Assembly (NCBI GenBank): GCA_017463865.1 | Contig: JAFTOI010000029.1 | Coordinates: forward strand, 25,994 to 89,993 | DNA from: Clostridia bacterium | Lineage (GTDB): Bacteria > Bacillota > Clostridia > Oscillospirales > CAG-272 | Direction of reading: 5' to 3' | DNA: 64,000 nucleotides | Shown here: one piece after another, positions 60,177-64,000 of the stretch | Layout: every line of letters starts with the position of its first letter | Numbering within the stretch: position 1 is the first letter of the stretch | Program-made: the position numbers and the translations under genes | Notes under the pieces: model-generated | Told to the model about the DNA's origin: nothing | The model's database searches: none | The model's input: only the letters and a program-made list of their open reading frames with translations

Positions 60177-60399
60177 ATTTTTTCGCGCTTCTGCGCGAAA
60201 GAGGGCGGGGAGGAACCATCTCAGACGCCGAAGTTTCCTCCCCGCCCTCTTCCCGCCTGTCGGCGGGAATTCACCCACCCCACCTCCTTGGCTGGGCGTT
60301 GCCACCCCTCCAGCCAAGGAGAGTGGGTGTCCAGAGGGCGGGAAACTTCGGCGTTTGAGATGGTTCCCGCCCTCTGGTCGCGCGGGAGCGCGAAAAAAA
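60177..60399. repeat. REPIN/MITE-like repeat, compact complete variant (copy D)
   Basis: Left hairpin 60201-60249 with loop CCATCTCAGACGCCGAAGT. Hairpins 60250-60269 and 60272-60329. Right hairpin 60331-60377 with loop ACTTCGGCGTTTGAGATGG. Terminal GC hairpins at both ends. Confidence 0.85.
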
Positions 60400-60406
60400 T
60401 TTATTT

Positions 60407-60631
60407 TTAGCTATTTTCATAAAGAGGTTTCGGCTCATCGACAAGACCAGTCAGATAATCCAATGACAAATTGTAATATTTCGCTAATATAATATATTTA
60501 TCAATTCCCATCTTCTGCGCACCTCTTTCCCATTTAGCAACTTGCTGTCTCGATGTATGCAAAAGATTTGCTATATCCGTCTGCGCAAGATCATGATCTT
60601 CTCTTATCTCTTTTAACCGATTCAATTCCAT
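60407..60631 (-). CDS. XRE family small HTH repressor (module 2)
   Basis: 74 aa; AGGAGG RBS; LAQTDIANLLHTSRQQVAKWERGAQKMGIDKYIILAKYYNLSLDYLTGLVDEPKPLYE; clear paralog of 58546..58785. Confidence 0.85.
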   Translation of the reverse strand: MELNRLKEIREDHDLAQTDIANLLHTSRQQVAKWERGAQKMGIDKYIILAKYYNLSLDYLTGLVDEPKPLYENS

Positions 60632-60688
60632 TCTTACTTCCTCCTATCCTTATCGTAAATATTATACCATGAACTTTAAAAGATGCAC

Positions 60689-60717
60689 TTGACATGTGCC
60701 TTAAAACATGCTATAAT
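60689..60717 (+). promoter_or_regulatory. divergent consensus promoter with XRE-type operator repeats (module 2)
   Basis: TTGACA (60689-60694), 17 nt ending in TGC, TATAAT (60712-60717); repeats GTGCCTTAAAACATGC (60696-60711) and GTGCCTTATAAGATGC (60728-60743). Confidence 0.65.
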
Positions 60718-60898
60718 ATTTTCCAAAGTGCCTTATAAGATGCTCAAATTGCAGCTAATATGAAAAAAATGTTAGAAAACACAGGTTATTTCCACACAAA
60801 ATATAGTCATCTGATAAGGTGCATTTCACCACTACCCTTTAATATTTTTGTTATCCTTATTAAAGGTCAATTGATTTTCAAAATCCAAGGAGGAACAC

Positions 60899-61162
60899 AT
60901 GAAAAAGACACTTTACGACCTATGGTATTCATACATCTGCCAAGCCGGCGATCAGGTGAATGACGAGCAAAGCGCCCTGCTGGACGATGTCGTCCGATAC
61001 GGCGAGGCGCTGCGCGGGGAGCTGAGTGCGGCACAGGAGGAGACCTTTCTGCATTACGAGGATGCCGTCATTGCCCTCAACGCCGTCGTTGAGCGCGAGG
61101 CCTTCTTCAAGGGGATCCGATTCACCGCGTCCTTTCTGCTCGAAGCCCTCTACTGCGGCTGA
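60899..61162 (+). CDS. small helical hypothetical protein (87 aa), cargo of XRE module 2
   Basis: AAGGAGG RBS, 5-nt spacing; MKKTLYDLWYSYICQAGDQVNDEQSALLDDV...; followed by a strong hairpin. Confidence 0.7.
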   Translation: MKKTLYDLWYSYICQAGDQVNDEQSALLDDVVRYGEALRGELSAAQEETFLHYEDAVIALNAVVEREAFFKGIRFTASFLLEALYCG

Positions 61163-61163
61163 C

Positions 61164-61197
61164 AGAAAAGGTTCCCGCTCTCGCGGAAACCTTTTCT
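61164..61197. terminator. terminator-like hairpin between convergent genes
   Basis: AGAAAAGGTT(C)CCGC-TCTC-GCGG(A)AACCTTTTCT, 14 pairs. Confidence 0.55.
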
Positions 61198-61272
61198 GCG
61201 CTAACCACTTCATTCAGGAAAGCTTTTTGCGGATTCTTAGGGGCCCTTTTCTTGGAAAAGACCACAAGGTCT

Positions 61273-62070
61273 TCAATCGTGCAGCCCGCGCTCCTTGAGG
61301 TAGTTGATGGCCCATGCCGGGTCGTTCGCCGTGAACAGCACCGCGCCGTTCTCGATTGCGCCAGCATAGGACGACTCCGACTCCTTGGAGTAGTACACCC
61401 ACGGCTCGACGCCGCACTTGCGCGCGAAGTCGAACCACTTCTTGTCCACCACCGGCTGCGCGCTCGTGCCGAACAGGCAGATGCAGTAGGCGTAGTCCCA
61501 CGCGAACCGCTTCTGATCCTTGCCCATCAGCTCGAGCGGGTAATAGCCGTGGATGCGGATACGGTGGTCGTACTTTTGGTCGATGTACTCGTTCAGCTCG
61601 CCGCTCCAGGTGTTGATGACCGAGCGGTCGGTGATGCCGTATTCGTCCATCATGGCGATGGCTTTATCTGCCGAGCGGAAGGCGAAGTCGCCCGTGTCGG
61701 CGGGGTAGTCCTTGAACTCGACGTTGAAGAGCATGTTCGGGTAGTCGCGGAAGAACTCAAGGAACTCACGGAAGGTCGGCACCTGCTCGCCGGCGAACTC
61801 CGCGCCCTTCCACGAGCCGGCGTCCAGCGTCTTCATCTCGGCCAGGGTCTTGGTACAGATCAGCCCGCGCCCGTTGGTCGTGCGGTCGACCTTGTGGTCG
61901 TGCATAAGGATGATCTCGCCGTCGGCCGTCATATGCAGGTCGATCTCGACCATGTCGATGGGCAGCTCGACCGCCGAACGGAAAGCCGCCATCGTGTTCT
62001 CGGGGAAGTAGCGCGAGTTGCCGCGGTGCGCGGCGACCGCGATCTTGTTGCGGTAGGCTAAGGGTTTCAT
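61273..62070 (-). CDS. glycerophosphodiester phosphodiesterase family protein
   Basis: ORF 61273..62187 trimmed to ATG 62070; AHRGNSRYFPENTMAAFRSAVELPIDMVEIDLHMTADGEIILMHD. Confidence 0.85.
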   Translation of the reverse strand: MKPLAYRNKIAVAAHRGNSRYFPENTMAAFRSAVELPIDMVEIDLHMTADGEIILMHDHKVDRTTNGRGLICTKTLAEMKTLDAGSWKGAEFAGEQVPTFREFLEFFRDYPNMLFNVEFKDYPADTGDFAFRSADKAIAMMDEYGITDRSVINTWSGELNEYIDQKYDHRIRIHGYYPLELMGKDQKRFAWDYAYCICLFGTSAQPVVDKKWFDFARKCGVEPWVYYSKESESSYAGAIENGAVLFTANDPAWAINYLKERGLHD

Positions 62071-62149
62071 GATGTGTGTCCTTTCTGCGTTTTGATTTGG
62101 GGAAGATAGTATGTGCGAGTGTGTCAGGGAAGAAACAAATGCGGGGCTC

Positions 62150-62278
62150 CACCTCATCCGCCCCCTACGGGGCCACCTTCCCCTCAAGGGGAAGGCTTAC
62201 TTTGGTTCGCGGTTGCTTTGAGCCTTCCCCTCAAGGGGAAGGTGGCTTGGCCGCCCTGCGGCCAAGCCGGATGAGGTG
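62150..62278. repeat. nested-palindrome intergenic element (distinct family)
   Basis: Outer stem CACCTCATCCG / CGGATGAGGTG encloses GCCCC-CTAC-GGGGC, two copies of CCTTCCCC-TCAA-GGGGAAGG (mutually inverted 24-nt arms) and CTTGGCCG-CCCTG-CGGCCAAG. Confidence 0.8.
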
Positions 62279-62296
62279 TCCCACACTGATGTAGAT

Positions 62297-63319
62297 TCAC
62301 AGGCAAACCGCCTCGACGCGCATCCCGCCGTCCACCGCCAGCGTGATGAGCGTCCCGCCCACCTGCTCGGGCTGGTAGTAGGTGCAGCGCCCGGTCTTGA
62401 CGCCCCAGACCAGCTTCACGCCGCGGTGGTCGATGCAGGCGCTGTTGTTGTGCTGGTGCCCGACGAACATGCCCGCCGTCCCCAGCCGGCGCGCTGTCTC
62501 AAAGAAGGCATTGTCGGGGTCAAGGCGGTCGCTGAAGTGCTCGATCACGCGGCCGTAATCGCCCGGCGCGTTAGCCAGCATCGGCACGCCCTTTTCGTAG
62601 CCGTACTTCTCGCGGCAGGCGACGGCAAAGGCATGGATGGGGATGTGGTAGAAGGCCAGCGATGGCACAGGTCTGCCCGCTGCCGCGTGGACGGCCTCCA
62701 GCGTCTGCGCATACCACGCAACCTGATCGGGATAGATCCCCTCAGCCTGCATGATGCAGTCAATGTCGCGGTTGTTCTCGCGGATGCCCTCCTCGGGTGC
62801 CCACGGGTTTCCCACCGGGTGACAGCCGTTCGAGTCGAGCAGCATCAGCACCCAGGCAGGGACGCCATCCCGGGTCAGGGTGATGCTGTAGTTGCAGTTG
62901 CCGGTGACCGTTCCCCTGGCAAAGCGACAGTGCTTCGCCCCCAGAAACTGCGCGATCTGCCAGCGCACGCCCATATCGCTCTCGTTGTCGTGGTTGCCGA
63001 AGACGGGCGCCCACGGGATGCCGAAGGAGTCCATCAGCTCGACCAGCTCCAACTGAAGCCGGCCGGTGTCGTCGAACTCGCCGTAGACGTTGTCGCCAGT
63101 CAGTACGATCACATCCGGCCGCGTCTGCGCGACCAGCTCGCGGACATAGCGGTAGGTGCGGGTCTCCATCTCGGGCTCGCCGTCCTTGAAGTAGGCGCCC
63201 TTGATCTGCCGGTCGCGGGTCGGGTTGCGGGTGGCGGTCAGGTCGATGGTCTGCATGTCGGTCAGCTGCAGGATGCGGATAGGCTCGCGGGCCGGGAAAT
63301 CAAGCGTAAAATCGGTCAT
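62297..63319 (-). CDS. metallophosphoesterase
   Basis: 340 aa; LQLTDMQ, GDNVYG, FGNHDNE and GHQHNN calcineurin-like motifs. Confidence 0.85.
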   Translation of the reverse strand: MTDFTLDFPAREPIRILQLTDMQTIDLTATRNPTRDRQIKGAYFKDGEPEMETRTYRYVRELVAQTRPDVIVLTGDNVYGEFDDTGRLQLELVELMDSFGIPWAPVFGNHDNESDMGVRWQIAQFLGAKHCRFARGTVTGNCNYSITLTRDGVPAWVLMLLDSNGCHPVGNPWAPEEGIRENNRDIDCIMQAEGIYPDQVAWYAQTLEAVHAAAGRPVPSLAFYHIPIHAFAVACREKYGYEKGVPMLANAPGDYGRVIEHFSDRLDPDNAFFETARRLGTAGMFVGHQHNNSACIDHRGVKLVWGVKTGRCTYYQPEQVGGTLITLAVDGGMRVEAVCL

Positions 63320-63327
63320 GGCGCGCC

Positions 63328-63999
63328 TCAGCGATAAATCAGCCGCTGTGCGTCTGCGTCGAGGACAGCCTCACGGCCGATGGGCAGGATGGCACTGTGC
63401 TCGCCGTGGCCGAAGTCGTCGCAGTAGACGACGGGGATATTGTGCCGCTCGCCGATGCGGCCGAGCATGCCGAGCAGAACGTCATTGCGGGTGTCGGCGT
63501 AATTGCCGAAGACCAGACCCCGGACGCAGGGCCAGAGCCGGCTCTGCTGCATGTGGGAGAGGAACATGCTCACCAGCCGCACACTGCCGAACTTCTCGTG
63601 ATCCTCGATGAAGAGCAGATAGTCGCGGTCGAGCGGCAGGGGATACTGCGGACTGCCCTGGAGCAGGGCGAAGTTCCAGTTGTAGCCGCCGATCAGTGTG
63701 CCCTTGCCGACGCCGCCGTGGAGGGTATACCACTTGCTGGCGTGCACCAGCTCAGCCGCGTCACGGCGGACGAGATGGGAGAGAAACATCTCCCGGGCGT
63801 AGTCGGTGGGTGTCACCATATGGCGCGGCGCCATGCCGTAGTAGGGGCAGACTCCGGTATGTGCGTAGATGGCGTTGAGGATCGACGTGCCGTCGCTGTA
63901 ACTGAGGAAGATCTTCGGGTCGCGCGCGATGGCGGCGTAGTCGATGGACGAAAGCAGGTCGATGCTCCCCTCGCCGCCGCCGAAAAAGATCATGCGCAC
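63328..63999 (-). CDS. LD-carboxypeptidase (peptidase S66) family protein, N-terminus beyond the window edge
   Basis: FGGGEGSIDLL...FLSYSDGTSILNAIY (Ser nucleophile context) ...DFGHGEH; the ORF runs off the window end. Confidence 0.75.
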   Translation of the reverse strand: MRMIFFGGGEGSIDLLSSIDYAAIARDPKIFLSYSDGTSILNAIYAHTGVCPYYGMAPRHMVTPTDYAREMFLSHLVRRDAAELVHASKWYTLHGGVGKGTLIGGYNWNFALLQGSPQYPLPLDRDYLLFIEDHEKFGSVRLVSMFLSHMQQSRLWPCVRGLVFGNYADTRNDVLLGMLGRIGERHNIPVVYCDDFGHGEHSAILPIGREAVLDADAQRLIYR

Positions 64000-64000
64000 C

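Noticed and set aside
60760-60963. 67-aa ORF (MKKMLENTGYFHTKYSHL...) between the XRE2 promoter and the 87-aa gene.
   Set aside because: It has no Shine-Dalgarno sequence, overlaps the well-initiated 60899..61162 gene in another frame, and has an AT-rich low-complexity translation. It is more likely 5' UTR.
58204-61272. Calling the region from repeat B through the XRE modules a genomic island or integrated mobile element.
   Set aside because: The A+T-rich patches and flanking repeats are suggestive. However, there is no integrase, recombinase, transposase, att-like direct repeat or tRNA junction in the window, so it is reported only as accessory modules.

Overview
High-G+C Firmicutes-type (Clostridia-like) chromosomal segment. 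That assignment is inferred from gene content and promoter and RBS style, with no database search. It holds about 65 protein genes, mostly on the minus strand. Housekeeping markers are obg, der plus a DUF512 gene, type III glutamine synthetase, rplJ-rplL with its leader, a TPP riboswitch with thiT, pgk-tpiA, and an 8-tRNA operon. Accessory loci lie between them: two tandem BspA-type LRR lipoproteins, two orphan solute-binding paralogs with an IclR regulator, a BlaI/BlaR1 pair, a GldA/F/G-like ABC operon, a MATE pump, a MerR unit, and a PF09818-type ABC-class ATPase. There is also an operon of one membrane protein plus two 489-aa MutS-like ATPases, a translationally coupled PHP/5'-3' exonuclease/two-paralog operon, and two AT-rich XRE repressor modules. 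No rRNA, CRISPR array, transposase or integrase is visible. The structure least explained by the gene list is a non-coding, hairpin-terminated (REPIN/MITE-like) repeat family. It has five copies (about 11962, 28931, 49071, 58204 and 60177), a conserved 19-nt loop core and compensatory stem changes. Other leads are a separate nested-palindrome element at 62150, an orphan promoter-to-terminator unit of about 270 nt (candidate sRNA, 26483-26751), and an 18-codon leader ORF followed by two tandem terminators upstream of the ABC-class ATPase. A G-run frameshift disrupts one XRE/TPR regulator, and the tRNA-Cys has an atypical T-loop. All calls come from reading the sequence and the ORF track, so family names are motif-based recognitions, not search results.
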